Source: Armatimonadota bacterium
Lineage (GTDB): Bacteria > Armatimonadota > Zipacnadia > UBA1398 > JAKPQA01
Assembly (NCBI GenBank): GCA_029547025.1
Contig: JAKPQA010000226.1
Location: 26,586-90,585, forward strand
DNA length: 64,000 nucleotides
Direction: 5' to 3'
Shown here: piece after piece, positions 37,533-47,645 of the stretch
Numbering within the stretch: position 1 is the stretch's first letter
Layout of the letters: every line of letters begins with the position of its first letter
Position numbers and translations under genes: made by a program
The notes under the pieces: model-generated
What the model saw: the letters and a program-made list of their open reading frames with translations, nothing else
What the model was told of the DNA's origin: nothing
The model's database searches: none

Positions 37533-38990
37533 CTAGAGATAGCCCAGCTCGCGACAGCGTTCCCTGAGCTGGTCCAGCTTGTCAGCATAGCACGGTCCGA
37601 GGGCCGCGTCTGGCTCGACGCGCTTCGCGATGCGGACCATGGCGCGTGCGGCGGCGGTCAGGCCATCGAACAGCGTTCGCGATGCCGCAAGGAGGGCAGA
37701 CCCCATGGCACCGTCGGCCACGGCCGGACGCTCGAGCGAACGCTGGAGTACATGGGCGCGCACTTGCAGCCAGATGTCGCTTCGTGACCCACCTCCGGTG
37801 GCTCGGATCGTGCCGCCTACCATCGCGCCGAGGTCGGTCAGGGAGTCGAGACACCAGCGTTCGACCAAGGCAACACCCTCCAGGTGCGCGGCGAACCACT
37901 CGGCATCGGAACGCGCCTGGCCGAGCACGAATCCTTCAGCCGTGGGGCATTCGAAGGGCGCGCGTTCGCCTCGGCGCACCAGCGGATAGGCGACCAGGGC
38001 CGTCGGCAGACAGGCTACTGCGGCTTGGTCGAGTTCGGCCAGGTCACGATCCGCGAAGCGCGCGACGAGGCACTCGCCACCGACGTTGCTGGCACCGCCG
38101 GGCAGCCAGTGGCCTTCGGGATGCCGGTGGCAGTAGTAGCGCCCGGCGGCGTCGTGCACGATGGTCTCGGAGACGCCGCGCAGGACCAGAGTCGTGCCGA
38201 GCGTCGAGTTCCACTCACCCGGCGCGCTGGCGCCCGAGGCGACGAAGCAGGCGGTGCCGTCGGTGGCCCCGGCAACCACCATGGTCCCCGGTCTGAGCCC
38301 CGTCTCGCTGCACGCCGGCTCCCAGACGGGCCCGATGGGGTCGCCGGGCGAGACCACGTCGGGCAACTTGCCGCGCGGGATTCCGAGCGCGTCCCAGAGG
38401 AACGACGGCCAGGCACCCGTCTCGAGGTCGACACCCGACTTGAGGGCGGTGGAGGTGTCGGTCACGTCGAAGCGGCCCGTCAGCCGGCCGACGATGTAGT
38501 CGGTGGCGTGGATGAGCCGGGCCGCGCGCTCGAACACCTCCGGTTCGTGGCGTCTGAGCCAGAGCATCTTGGGCAAGGCGAATGCGGGCGGAAAGCGGTA
38601 CCCGAGCCGACTGGCCAGTTCCTGACCCGCCTGCTGGACCTCATCGGCCAGATCGGTTCCTGCCCGGCCGTCGTTGTACATGATCGCCGGACGCAGGGGG
38701 CGCCCGGCCGCGTCGATGGGGACGAAGGTGCCCGATGTCGAGTCGACGGCGATCGCCCGCACGTGGACTGCGCCGAGTCCCACAACCACCTGACGGAGGC
38801 AGAGGGCCGCGGCCTCCCACCACGCCTCGGGCCGCTGCTCGACCAGCGGCTTGGGCAGCTCGACCACGGCATCCCGGAGCGATTCGGAGGCCGACGCCAG
38901 CACCTGGCCCTGTGCCGTCACCGCCACGGCCCGGGCGCCCTGGGTGCCGACGTCGAGTCCGATCACGCACTCCCCGGCGCTACGAGTCAC
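37533..38990 (-). CDS. FGGY-family carbohydrate kinase (D-ribulose/xylulose kinase-like)
   Basis: [59 protein letters not shown]; GTG 38990. Confidence 0.9.
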   Translation of the reverse strand: MTRSAGECVIGLDVGTQGARAVAVTAQGQVLASASESLRDAVVELPKPLVEQRPEAWWEAAALCLRQVVVGLGAVHVRAIAVDSTSGTFVPIDAAGRPLRPAIMYNDGRAGTDLADEVQQAGQELASRLGYRFPPAFALPKMLWLRRHEPEVFERAARLIHATDYIVGRLTGRFDVTDTSTALKSGVDLETGAWPSFLWDALGIPRGKLPDVVSPGDPIGPVWEPACSETGLRPGTMVVAGATDGTACFVASGASAPGEWNSTLGTTLVLRGVSETIVHDAAGRYYCHRHPEGHWLPGGASNVGGECLVARFADRDLAELDQAAVACLPTALVAYPLVRRGERAPFECPTAEGFVLGQARSDAEWFAAHLEGVALVERWCLDSLTDLGAMVGGTIRATGGGSRSDIWLQVRAHVLQRSLERPAVADGAMGSALLAASRTLFDGLTAAARAMVRIAKRVEPDAALGPCYADKLDQLRERCRELGYL

Positions 38991-40164
38991 CCAGGCACGT
39001 CCCCACGAGCCGGGCGGTCTCGAGCAGGGGGTGGTCGAGCGGGACGAGTTTCCGCTTCCCGGCCACATCCTCGAGCGGGACGGGCACGCACTGGTCGCCG
39101 CGCGCGGCCACCATCACGCCGAACTGGCCCGCATCCAACAGCTTCGCTGCGGCGACACCAAGACGCGTGGCCAGCAAGCGGTCGAAGGGTGAGGGGGTCC
39201 CGCCGCGCTGAAGGTGCCCGAGCACCGTGACGCGCGATTCGAGGCCCGTCATCTCCTGGAGGCGGGCGGCGATGCGCGCGCCCACGGTACCGGGCAAGGC
39301 GTCCTCGGCCGGCTTGACGTCGATTGCCGCGTGGCGCGACGGAGTCCTACGTTTGGCCGCACCAGCCTTCGCCTTGTCCTTCGGGGCCTTGTCCGCGGCG
39401 GCGGCTGCCCGGGCGCGCTCCATTGCCGCTGCGTCCTCCTTGCTGAGTGCGCCCTCGGCGAGTGCTACAATACTAAACCGCTTGCCCTTGCGATTGCGGC
39501 TCACCACGCTGGCGGCCACGGCCTCCAAGTCGTAGGGGATCTCGGGGATAAGGATCACGTCCGCCCCGCCGGCGACGCCCGCGCCCAGGGCCAACCAGCC
39601 CGTGCGATGGCCCATGATCTCCACCACCATCAGGCGATGGTGGCTCTCCGCCGTGGTGTGCAACCGGTCGATGGCCTCGGCGGCGATGGTCATGGCCGTG
39701 TCATAGCCGAAGCTCACGTCGGTCTCTGCCACATCGTTATCGATGGTCTTCGGGAGCGTGAGCACGGGGATCTGGCCCGCCCTCATCAGGTGCAGCGCGT
39801 TCTTCTGCGTGCCACCCCCACCCAGACAGACCAGGCAGTCGAGGTGCATTCGCTTGAAGTTCTCGACCGCCACACTGGTCATGTCGACGAACTGATCCGG
39901 CCCGACCGGCATCCGCTGCGGCTTGTCTCGGCTGGTCCGGAGTACCGTGCCGCCGAGTGTCAGAATCCCCGAGAGCTGGTCGCTGTCCATGAGCTCGCCA
40001 CGGTTCTCGACGAGCCCCCGAAAGCCGTCCCGGATGCCCACAACCTCCATGCCGAACCGCCCCATGGCGGCTTTGCCCACGGCACGGATGGCCGCGTTCA
40101 GCCCGGGGCAGTCACCGCCAGAGGTGAGTACTCCGATACATCGAGCGCCCTTCGCCTTCGCCAT
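38980..40164 (-). CDS. pfkA: PfkA-family 6-phosphofructokinase (group III type)
   Basis: [54 protein letters not shown]. Confidence 0.9.
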   Translation of the reverse strand: MAKAKGARCIGVLTSGGDCPGLNAAIRAVGKAAMGRFGMEVVGIRDGFRGLVENRGELMDSDQLSGILTLGGTVLRTSRDKPQRMPVGPDQFVDMTSVAVENFKRMHLDCLVCLGGGGTQKNALHLMRAGQIPVLTLPKTIDNDVAETDVSFGYDTAMTIAAEAIDRLHTTAESHHRLMVVEIMGHRTGWLALGAGVAGGADVILIPEIPYDLEAVAASVVSRNRKGKRFSIVALAEGALSKEDAAAMERARAAAAADKAPKDKAKAGAAKRRTPSRHAAIDVKPAEDALPGTVGARIAARLQEMTGLESRVTVLGHLQRGGTPSPFDRLLATRLGVAAAKLLDAGQFGVMVAARGDQCVPVPLEDVAGKRKLVPLDHPLLETARLVGTCLGDS

Positions 40165-40207
40165 CGCGGACAACCCCCAGTGCCTGTGGGTGCGTAACTG
40201 GGCCCAA

Positions 40208-41809
40208 TCAGGCCCGCAGGCTGTACTGTTCCAGGATTCGCCTCAGGTTCCCACCCAGGATGAGCTCCTTCTGGTCCTCCGACAGCCGCGCGAACAGGAT
40301 CGGTCCCAGACCCCACGTGACGGGCAGGTCCTGCAGATCGGAACCGAACAGCAGGCGGTCAGCGCCGATGGCGGCGACCACATCCTCGCACGCCCGGGGC
40401 GGGATCAGTGGACATGAGCACACGAACAGGTTGGGGTACCTGGCCATGATGTCCGCATAGGCCGTCGTGCAGTGCCCCGTGATGAAGCACGCATCCGGGT
40501 AGGTCGAGACCAGACGCTCCATCTGCTGCGTCGAGCCCCAGCTGTGGTTCAGGATGATCTGACGGTGCTCATGAGCCCACCGGCACGCCACATCGATGTG
40601 AGGGCCTTCCTCGGGGTAGCCCTGGTAGTAGGGGATTAGCTTGATGCCGCGGAAGCCCAGGGCGGCACAGCGTTCGAGCTCGGCGGTCATCTCCTCCGGC
40701 CCTCGGTGCGGGTTCAGGAGCGTGAGCCCGACGAAGCGATCAGGATAGGCCGCCAAAGCCTCGGCCACGCGGTCGTTGCCGTGCACCTCATCCGACCCGA
40801 CACCGGCGAAACTGAACAGGAGCACGCGCTCGACTCCCAGGCGATCCATCTCGGCAATGGTGCCTTCGAGCGTACCGTCGGGCACATGGTAGTGGCTGAA
40901 ACGCCCACCATAGTGCCCGTGGCAGTCCATGAAGGTCATGCTCTCAGGGCGTTTCCCGGTGCGGCCGAACTGTGCGAACGCGTCCTCGGCCGGCGGGACC
41001 CAGGCGGGCTCGTGCCGTGCGCCGCACCACTCAATGAGCTCCCGCAGGTTGTCGCCAGCGATCCTGCGCTTCGCCCCGTCATCGATCTCGGCACAGGATA
41101 GGGCTGCCAGGGTCATGTGTGGCCCAAACGTTGGCCAGTTCGATCCAAACAACAACCGCTCGGGCCCCCACGTACGCGTGATGTACTCGATGCCCCGGTA
41201 GAGCCAGTAGCCGCTGAGTTCGATCCTCAGGTTGGGGCAGGCGTCGAAGGCGCGGTAGACCGTCCGCATGGCGCGACGGATGCGGAACTCGCTGACGATG
41301 ACCGGCAGGCGGGGCCACCGGCGGCACAGAGCCACCACCTTGTCCCATTCGGTCTCGTCCCACTCCGGGTGCGCACCAGCCCCGATGTCGTTTGGGTTGA
41401 TGAACACCGGCGTGCCGGCTTCGGCCAGCGGCTCGAGCAGTGGATCCACGCACCAGTCGGCCAGACTGAACCGGTACTGGCGCGGGTAGAGAAAGAGCGC
41501 TCCCACCCGCTCCTCCCTCATGCGCCGCAGCATCTCGTCGGGCGGGGGCATCTCGCCGGTACCGGCGGCGGGCAGCGCCGACCATGCCGGATGCAGGCGT
41601 GGGCTCTGAGCGCATGTGGACAGCACGCGTTCGTTGCCATCGAACGGATGGTTCAGGCGGCTGAGGCTGTCGACCACCAGTGCCTCGGCGATGCCATAGT
41701 GGTCCATCTCGGCCAGGAGGTCACTGGCCGTGCAAGGAGCCCCGGGCCCCTGATACAGCTGGCGACCGACGACGCAGTTCGCGTCGAACGGCCGGTAGTC
41801 AATCGGCAC
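40208..41809 (-). CDS. Tandem (double) amidohydrolase-2 family protein
   Basis: Two homologous barrels, each ending in RLLFGS[N/D]..ILG/IAGxN; the second keeps DCHGH..H..H..D. Confidence 0.85.
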   Translation of the reverse strand: MPIDYRPFDANCVVGRQLYQGPGAPCTASDLLAEMDHYGIAEALVVDSLSRLNHPFDGNERVLSTCAQSPRLHPAWSALPAAGTGEMPPPDEMLRRMREERVGALFLYPRQYRFSLADWCVDPLLEPLAEAGTPVFINPNDIGAGAHPEWDETEWDKVVALCRRWPRLPVIVSEFRIRRAMRTVYRAFDACPNLRIELSGYWLYRGIEYITRTWGPERLLFGSNWPTFGPHMTLAALSCAEIDDGAKRRIAGDNLRELIEWCGARHEPAWVPPAEDAFAQFGRTGKRPESMTFMDCHGHYGGRFSHYHVPDGTLEGTIAEMDRLGVERVLLFSFAGVGSDEVHGNDRVAEALAAYPDRFVGLTLLNPHRGPEEMTAELERCAALGFRGIKLIPYYQGYPEEGPHIDVACRWAHEHRQIILNHSWGSTQQMERLVSTYPDACFITGHCTTAYADIMARYPNLFVCSCPLIPPRACEDVVAAIGADRLLFGSDLQDLPVTWGLGPILFARLSEDQKELILGGNLRRILEQYSLRA

Positions 41810-41822
41810 TCGACCCACCCTC

Positions 41823-43613
41823 TCAGAAGGCCCACTCGCCGAAGCACATGGGCTCGACAAAGCCATCGACCACCGTTGACCACGCGCTCAGCTCGCGGTC
41901 AGGTATGCGCGCGCGGCAGACGTTCGCGCGGCGCGTCTCACCCGGCTCCGGCTTGCCGCCCAGAGCCGTCCAGGGGATCACCAACTCAGCCGTCCATGCG
42001 GTGTCCCCTATGCGCGTCCCGCTCTGCCACTCGGCATTCCAGCCGGCGCTGTCCGGTCCGCCCTCGGCGGACTCGGCATCCCACTGGACGTTCGCCGGGT
42101 TGAGGATGAAATGGGCGTAGGGGGTGGGCTGGGCGGTGCGGCTCAGGAACAGCTCGACCGTATCGCCGTACCAGAGGTCGCTGTCACGGCCGCCACCGCC
42201 AATGCGGATGGCCTCGATCCGGGGCTCGCTGCACTCAACCGCCAGGTACAGCGCCTCATCGTCATGTGCGACCCGGGCGATCGTGGCTGCGCCTGGCTGA
42301 CGGTCGTCGCCGTGACTCGCGTTGAGGAGAAAGGGTTCGAGCGGTGGGACGTCCCCCCAGACCGGATCAGACAGGTCGCCGTCAGGCACGGGCTTGGCGG
42401 CGCCGGCCGGTAGAGGCCGAACGGTCGTCGACCGGCGCTCGATGCGGGCCTGCACTGCCTCGGCCCTCTGCCGTTCGGCTTCCCTGAGCATCGCGTCGAC
42501 GCTGAAGCCCAGTGGTTGGCCGCGGGTGATCTTGTCGCGCGCGGACTGCAGAGCGGTGTCCAACCCATCGGGGAACTCGCCGGTCCACCAGTTCATCTTC
42601 TCGCTGTAGTACCAGGTGTACTCGTCGCAGGTGTAGAGGGCCCAGTAGACGTTATGCTCCATCCACCTGAGACGGTCCTCAGGTGAGAGATAGTGCGCGA
42701 GGAACTGCTCGGGCGGCGTGCGGGTGTCCATGAGCTGGTCGAAGTACACGGCCATGCCTGCACGCTGGTGCCCGTGAAACCGGTCCCAGAGCTCCGGCGC
42801 CACGAGCCCAAGAGCCTGCTGACGCATCAGGTGGTAGGCACGAAAGTAGCTCTCGACGGCCGTGTAGTAGTAGGCGCTCTCATTGCCGTCGATGAGCACC
42901 ACATCGGGAGCGGCGGCCTCGATCATCCCGTTGATGAACGCCGGGTAGAGGCCATAGCCGTCATTCCGCAGTACCTCCATGCGCCGCTCGAAGCTGGGGT
43001 CGGTCAGACCATGACCCAGGAACGTGAACTCGAACAGCGTGAGCAGCTTCATTCCCGGGTAGCCGCCCTGAAGAGCCCGCACGAACTGGGCACCGCGCTT
43101 GCGGACCTGGGCATAGGTCTCGGCAAAGCTCGGTCCGCCCTCCTTGGCCACGAAGGCCCACGGGTTCTCGCCGTAGGGCTCAGGGTCGAAGCACAGCCCC
43201 ACACACCGAGCCGCCCGGGCCGCCCTGGAAGACAGCCGCGCGTTCGCCTCGATAACCGCCCACTGATCGTCGTTGAACCAGTCCATTCCCCACTGGTTCG
43301 CCGCGTAGAGCATCAGGAAGTTGTCGGTGAACTTGCCCCACTCAATGGCGGCCAGATCTTCGAGCTGCGGCTGCAGGTCGGCCTCGGGCCATGGCCGCGT
43401 GTCGAAGGCGTGGTTGTAGTCCCTGAGGCGAAAGATGAGGCCATCGAAAGGCCTCCGCTCCATCTCGCGGATGTTCTGGCGGATGTAGTCAGGGTAGGGG
43501 ACATCCCAGCCGTACTCGATGAGCTTCTTCTGGGGCAGTCCCTGGCCGACGGCAGCCGATGCGGCAACCGCCAACGCGACGACAGGCAGCAGGATCCGAG
43601 CCACGGTTCTCAC
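41823..43613 (-). CDS. Secreted protein: uncharacterised N-terminal barrel-like domain + C-terminal CBM9/DOMON-like sugar-binding domain
   Basis: Signal peptide; KKLIEYGWD N-domain; C-domain PDGDLSD..W, HDDEALYLAV, DTVELFL, WTAELVIPW, RANVCR. Confidence 0.75.
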   Translation of the reverse strand: MRTVARILLPVVALAVAASAAVGQGLPQKKLIEYGWDVPYPDYIRQNIREMERRPFDGLIFRLRDYNHAFDTRPWPEADLQPQLEDLAAIEWGKFTDNFLMLYAANQWGMDWFNDDQWAVIEANARLSSRAARAARCVGLCFDPEPYGENPWAFVAKEGGPSFAETYAQVRKRGAQFVRALQGGYPGMKLLTLFEFTFLGHGLTDPSFERRMEVLRNDGYGLYPAFINGMIEAAAPDVVLIDGNESAYYYTAVESYFRAYHLMRQQALGLVAPELWDRFHGHQRAGMAVYFDQLMDTRTPPEQFLAHYLSPEDRLRWMEHNVYWALYTCDEYTWYYSEKMNWWTGEFPDGLDTALQSARDKITRGQPLGFSVDAMLREAERQRAEAVQARIERRSTTVRPLPAGAAKPVPDGDLSDPVWGDVPPLEPFLLNASHGDDRQPGAATIARVAHDDEALYLAVECSEPRIEAIRIGGGGRDSDLWYGDTVELFLSRTAQPTPYAHFILNPANVQWDAESAEGGPDSAGWNAEWQSGTRIGDTAWTAELVIPWTALGGKPEPGETRRANVCRARIPDRELSAWSTVVDGFVEPMCFGEWAF

Positions 43614-43756
43614 AGGGCCACTCCCTCCTCACGAGTGCTCAAGCGCGCGGCTGTTCCCCCCAATCGCTTGCCCGACCTGTGCCGTTCGAGACTCGCTACC
43701 GCGGCCCTCGCCGTGACCTTCTGGCGTCTGGACCCGCAACCGTCGAGGGAGCTCAC

Positions 43757-45241
43757 CTACTCACACGCAACCGGGTCCTTCGGCTCGATGACATGAACCC
43801 GCGCGGCGTCCCCGAACGTGGCGGGCTTTTCCGGGTTGCCGGCCTGCATGGCCGCCGCATCGCCGGCCAGCACGATGAGGAGGGCATCGGGCCGCCAATG
43901 TTCCCGCGCGACACGGAGCAGGTCGGCCCGAGTCACCGCCGCGATCTCGTCGCGGACCCGGCTGTAGAAGTCGAGGGGGACCTCGGCGCGCTCGAGCGCG
44001 GCCAGGTTCGCGATCACGTCATAGGGCGTCGAGAAAGCGTCGGGGAATGTCCCGAGGAATGCATCTTTGGCGATGGTCAGTTCCTCATCCGTGACCTCCT
44101 CCGCACGGATGCGGTCGATCTCCTCTCGCACCAGGGACACGACATAGGCGGCGTTGTTGGCCCCACAGCTGAAGGAGACGCCCACGGCGCCCCGGCGCCC
44201 GTACGGGGCCTCCACCGTCGAACTGATGGCGTATGTGAGACCTTCATCCCCGCGCACCCGTCGTGCGAGTCGATCGGAGAGCCCGCCACCGCCGAGCACG
44301 TAGTTGAGGACTCGCAGCGGGACGAAGTCAGGATCGTGCCGCTCGATGCCCAGGTGGCACATCTGGCCCTGGGCCTGGGGGCCGGCCTTATTGAGCAGGT
44401 ACGTCGCCGGCGTGGCGGCGCCGGGCAGCTCGAGCCGCTCGTCGCGATCCGGCATGGTGGCACCGGTGGGCACGAACTCGGCCAACGCGTCCGACAGTTT
44501 GTCCAGCATCTCTTCCCGGGCAAAGTCGCCTGATACGGTCAGGATGGCCTTGTTGGCACCCACGAAGTTCTTGTGGAACGCGATAAGGTCATCGCGCGTG
44601 ATGCCCATAACCGACGCGCCTGTGACCGTCCTGCCGGGCGGGGCATCGCCGTAGAGCAACTTCGGGAGACGCGCGCCCAGCAGCGAGGCCGGGCTGTCGT
44701 ACCGGTGGCTGAGGGTCTCCAGCGCCTCCTCGCGCTCGCGACGGATCTTGTCCTCCTCGAAGGCCGGTCGCAGGAGGATGTCGGCAAGCAAGCCCAGCAC
44801 CTCGTCCGTGTCACGCGACAGGCACCAGCACGAGGCGGTGCCCTCGTACAGGCCGGCACTGGTCCCGATCTGAGCCGAGAGGAACTCCAGCCTCTCGTCG
44901 ACCTGGTCGGCCGTCATCCGGGTGGTACCGCCGCTGCGGAGTAGGGCATAGGTCAGGCCGGCCAGCCCCTCCTTGCCCGGCGGGTCGAAGTAGCTTCCGC
45001 CGATCCACGAGAGCGAGAGCTGGAAGGTCGGGAGCGTATGGTCCTCCTGGATGTAGACCACCAACCCGTCCCTGAGCTCGACCCGAAACTGTTCGGCCGA
45101 CGGTGGGTCGAACCGCAGTTCGGGAAACACCAGCTGGCTGGGATGGTCGACGATGGGCTGGGCGGCGACCAGTGAGGTGAGAAGGCACAGCGAGATGGTG
45201 ACTAGAGCAGTGAGTTGGGGGGATCGCTGGCGGGCCGTCAT
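43757..45241 (-). CDS. M16B peptidase, non-catalytic subunit
   Basis: No HXXEH; carries RVRGDEGLTY (R/Y pair); signal peptide; ATG 45241 overlaps the upstream TGA. Confidence 0.88.
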   Translation of the reverse strand: MTARQRSPQLTALVTISLCLLTSLVAAQPIVDHPSQLVFPELRFDPPSAEQFRVELRDGLVVYIQEDHTLPTFQLSLSWIGGSYFDPPGKEGLAGLTYALLRSGGTTRMTADQVDERLEFLSAQIGTSAGLYEGTASCWCLSRDTDEVLGLLADILLRPAFEEDKIRREREEALETLSHRYDSPASLLGARLPKLLYGDAPPGRTVTGASVMGITRDDLIAFHKNFVGANKAILTVSGDFAREEMLDKLSDALAEFVPTGATMPDRDERLELPGAATPATYLLNKAGPQAQGQMCHLGIERHDPDFVPLRVLNYVLGGGGLSDRLARRVRGDEGLTYAISSTVEAPYGRRGAVGVSFSCGANNAAYVVSLVREEIDRIRAEEVTDEELTIAKDAFLGTFPDAFSTPYDVIANLAALERAEVPLDFYSRVRDEIAAVTRADLLRVAREHWRPDALLIVLAGDAAAMQAGNPEKPATFGDAARVHVIEPKDPVACE

Positions 45242-46758
45242 TGCGCGCCACCTCCTGGCGAGGCTTGACCCGCGGGCATGGGTTTTGTGGTCACCCACCC
45301 AACGGTGCTGTTGTCCCGGATCAAGTACTTCTTGGCAACTTCGGCAACCTGGTCGGCTGTGACCGCTTTGATCTTCGCCGGGGCCTCGATGACCTCACGC
45401 CAGTCGATGATGGCGTCCATCACGGCGAGTTGCATGGCGAGGCCATCGTTGGACCGGAGACCGCCGATGAACTCCGCGTCGGCCGCGTTCTTCACTCGCT
45501 GCATCTCGTCGCCGGTCGGCGGCTCGGACTTGAGGCGGTCGATCTCGGCCACCAGTGTGTCCTCCACCCTCTGGTGCGTGTTCGGCCCCTTGGGCATCGC
45601 GATGAGTGTGAAAGTCCCGGCATGGGCCGACCCATCCATGTTCGCGGCCACGCTGAACGCAATGTCGTCGGCGAGCACCAGGCGCTTGTGCAGTCGCCCG
45701 GACCGGCCATTGAGCACGTCGGCGGCGATGCTCAGCGGGTAGAAGTCCGGGTGTTGGCGGGGCGGCACATGGTAGTTAATGGTCACAACTGGGCGTGCCA
45801 TGGTCGAGACCTCGATCCGCCGAGGGCCGTGCTGCGTGGGCTCCTGGGTGATCAGGTCGGCGATCGGCTTCGGGCTCCGCGGGACCCGACCGAAATAGCG
45901 TTCCGCCATGGCGAAGGTCGCCTCAGGCTCCAGGTCGCCCACAAGCACCAGGGTGGCGTTGTTCGGGGCATAGTAGGTGGCGAAGAAGTCGGCGGCCTGC
46001 TGACGCGTGATCCGCTGGATGTCGTCGGCCCATCCGCCCACCGGGCGGCCATACGGGTGTGCGGTGAAGTAGACCGACAGCATCTCCTCGCGGAAGTACC
46101 CATACGGGTTGGCGTCGACGCGCATCCGCCGCTCATCGGCCACCACGTCCCGCTCGACGTAGAACTCGCGCAGTACCGCATTCGACATTCGGTCCGAATC
46201 CAACCACATGAACAGCTCGAGCTTGTTCGAGGGCACGTTGACCATGAACACCGTCAAGTCGGTTCCCGTGCCGGCATTCAGGCCTGTGGCACCGTGGCGC
46301 TGGTAGAGATCGGTTAGCTCATCGGTGTCGATCAGCTGGCGCTCGCGGGCGAGCTCGGACTCATACTCCCGCCTGAGCGCATCGATCTTCGCCAACGCCT
46401 CCGGGGTGCCTTGGCGCTTCAGGTCCGCTATCTGCCCCATCAACTCATCGATACGCTCAATGATGGGCGCCTCGGCGGCCGCGTCCTTGCAGCCGATCAC
46501 CTTCGTGCCCTTGAACATCATGTGTTCGAACAGGTGAGCGATCCCCGTCAGCCCGGCCGGGTCATTCACCGCCCCGACTCGATAGACGAGGCGGCAGCTG
46601 ATTCGGGGCGTGTGGTGGCGCTCGACCACGAGCACCTTCATCCCATTGCTCAGAACCTTCTCTTTGACATCGAGCTGCACGTCTTGGGCCACAACCGGCC
46701 GCAGCCATAGCAGCACCACGACCAGCGCGCCTGTGGGCGCGAAGCGCTTCCACCGCAT
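45238..46758 (-). CDS. M16B peptidase, catalytic subunit
   Basis: GIAHLFEHMMFKGT (HXXEH), ERDVVADERR, HPYG, YYAPNNATL; signal peptide; GGAGGA RBS. Confidence 0.92.
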   Translation of the reverse strand: MRWKRFAPTGALVVVLLWLRPVVAQDVQLDVKEKVLSNGMKVLVVERHHTPRISCRLVYRVGAVNDPAGLTGIAHLFEHMMFKGTKVIGCKDAAAEAPIIERIDELMGQIADLKRQGTPEALAKIDALRREYESELARERQLIDTDELTDLYQRHGATGLNAGTGTDLTVFMVNVPSNKLELFMWLDSDRMSNAVLREFYVERDVVADERRMRVDANPYGYFREEMLSVYFTAHPYGRPVGGWADDIQRITRQQAADFFATYYAPNNATLVLVGDLEPEATFAMAERYFGRVPRSPKPIADLITQEPTQHGPRRIEVSTMARPVVTINYHVPPRQHPDFYPLSIAADVLNGRSGRLHKRLVLADDIAFSVAANMDGSAHAGTFTLIAMPKGPNTHQRVEDTLVAEIDRLKSEPPTGDEMQRVKNAADAEFIGGLRSNDGLAMQLAVMDAIIDWREVIEAPAKIKAVTADQVAEVAKKYLIRDNSTVGWVTTKPMPAGQASPGGGAQ

Positions 46759-47232
46759 ATGATGTCCTCCCCGGGGAATCCTCAGCGGGTCGACGGCGAC
46801 CCCCTCGACCGGCCGGCACCGATGCAGGCAAGTCTACCGCGGTTGGGCGGGACTGCGCCAGAAACATACCGCCCCAAGCACTACCGTTTCGCCCCTGAGG
46901 GCGATCCGGATGGGGCCATCCCCGCTTCACGGGGCCCTTCGACTTCGCCCCTCCCCAGTGGTTCGGAGGACCCTCAGACCGGCTGCACAGGGGAGTCGGC
47001 CACGGCCGGTGCGCCGCTGTCCGACCCGAAGCCGTCTGTGCCTGAGGAGGCTGGCAGCCTGGCTGGCCGCCAGGTGGAAGAACGCGAATGCCCTGTGCAG
47101 AAAGTGGCGCGGAGCGCTCGCCGGTGGCGAACGCCCCGCCCGTGGGTGGTAGACCCACTCGAGCCGGCAACACGGTGTCGGCGTGGCGGGTCCCGTCTCG
47201 GCACCGCGCCCGTGACAGGCCCGGGGCCGGTA

Positions 47233-47566
47233 CTAGTCCCTTGGGAGAGGGTCACGCACTTGTGTGGCTATCTGCTTGTCATCGCGGCCCATGTGATTCA
47301 CGAGCCACTGGGCTCTGCCGAACTGCGTCACACGCGCCAGTTCCTTGGCCGCTCCCTCCCCCACGAACGAATCCACCAGTCGACGGAGCGGTGCGGCAAA
47401 CGCCCGGTGCCTCTCACAGTGCTCCTGGGACCGTGGGTGCGCCGTCTGCCGCATCCGCGACTCGTGAGTCTAGACGCGATCGCGGACGTAGTCATTCCGG
47501 AATCACATCAGCCGGCGGGCCCCGATCTCAGTTGCCATGGCGTGGGTCCACTCGATCCCCGCCCAC
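47233..47566 (-). pseudogene. Decayed bacteriohemerythrin gene
   Basis: One frame reads GIEWTHAMAT..LM*FRNDYVRDRV*THESRMRQTAHPRSQEHCERHRAF..QWLVNHMGRDDKQIA with TGA at 47503-47505 and TAG at 47470-47472. Confidence 0.7.
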
Positions 47567-47645
47567 TCACCGACCTCGCCGAACTGAGCGCGTTTGGCTG
47601 TTCTCCGCCGGAGCCCTGCCGCGCGAACCACTCGCGCGGTATGCT

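Noticed and set aside
43757-46758. Active plus inactive M16 peptidase pair
   Set aside because: A standard, well-described M16B heterodimer arrangement; annotated but not novel
46980-47040. Partial resemblance to c-di-GMP-I (CCGGTCTGAGG) and c-di-AMP (ACCCGAAGCCGTC) riboswitch segments
   Set aside because: The other conserved elements (GAAA tetraloop/GCAAA; GCTGAATCC and GCTAACC) are missing
47503-47505. In-frame TGA as possible selenocysteine read-through
   Set aside because: A second in-frame TAG, a deletion and a start frameshift indicate decay; the position is not a Cys site in hemerythrins
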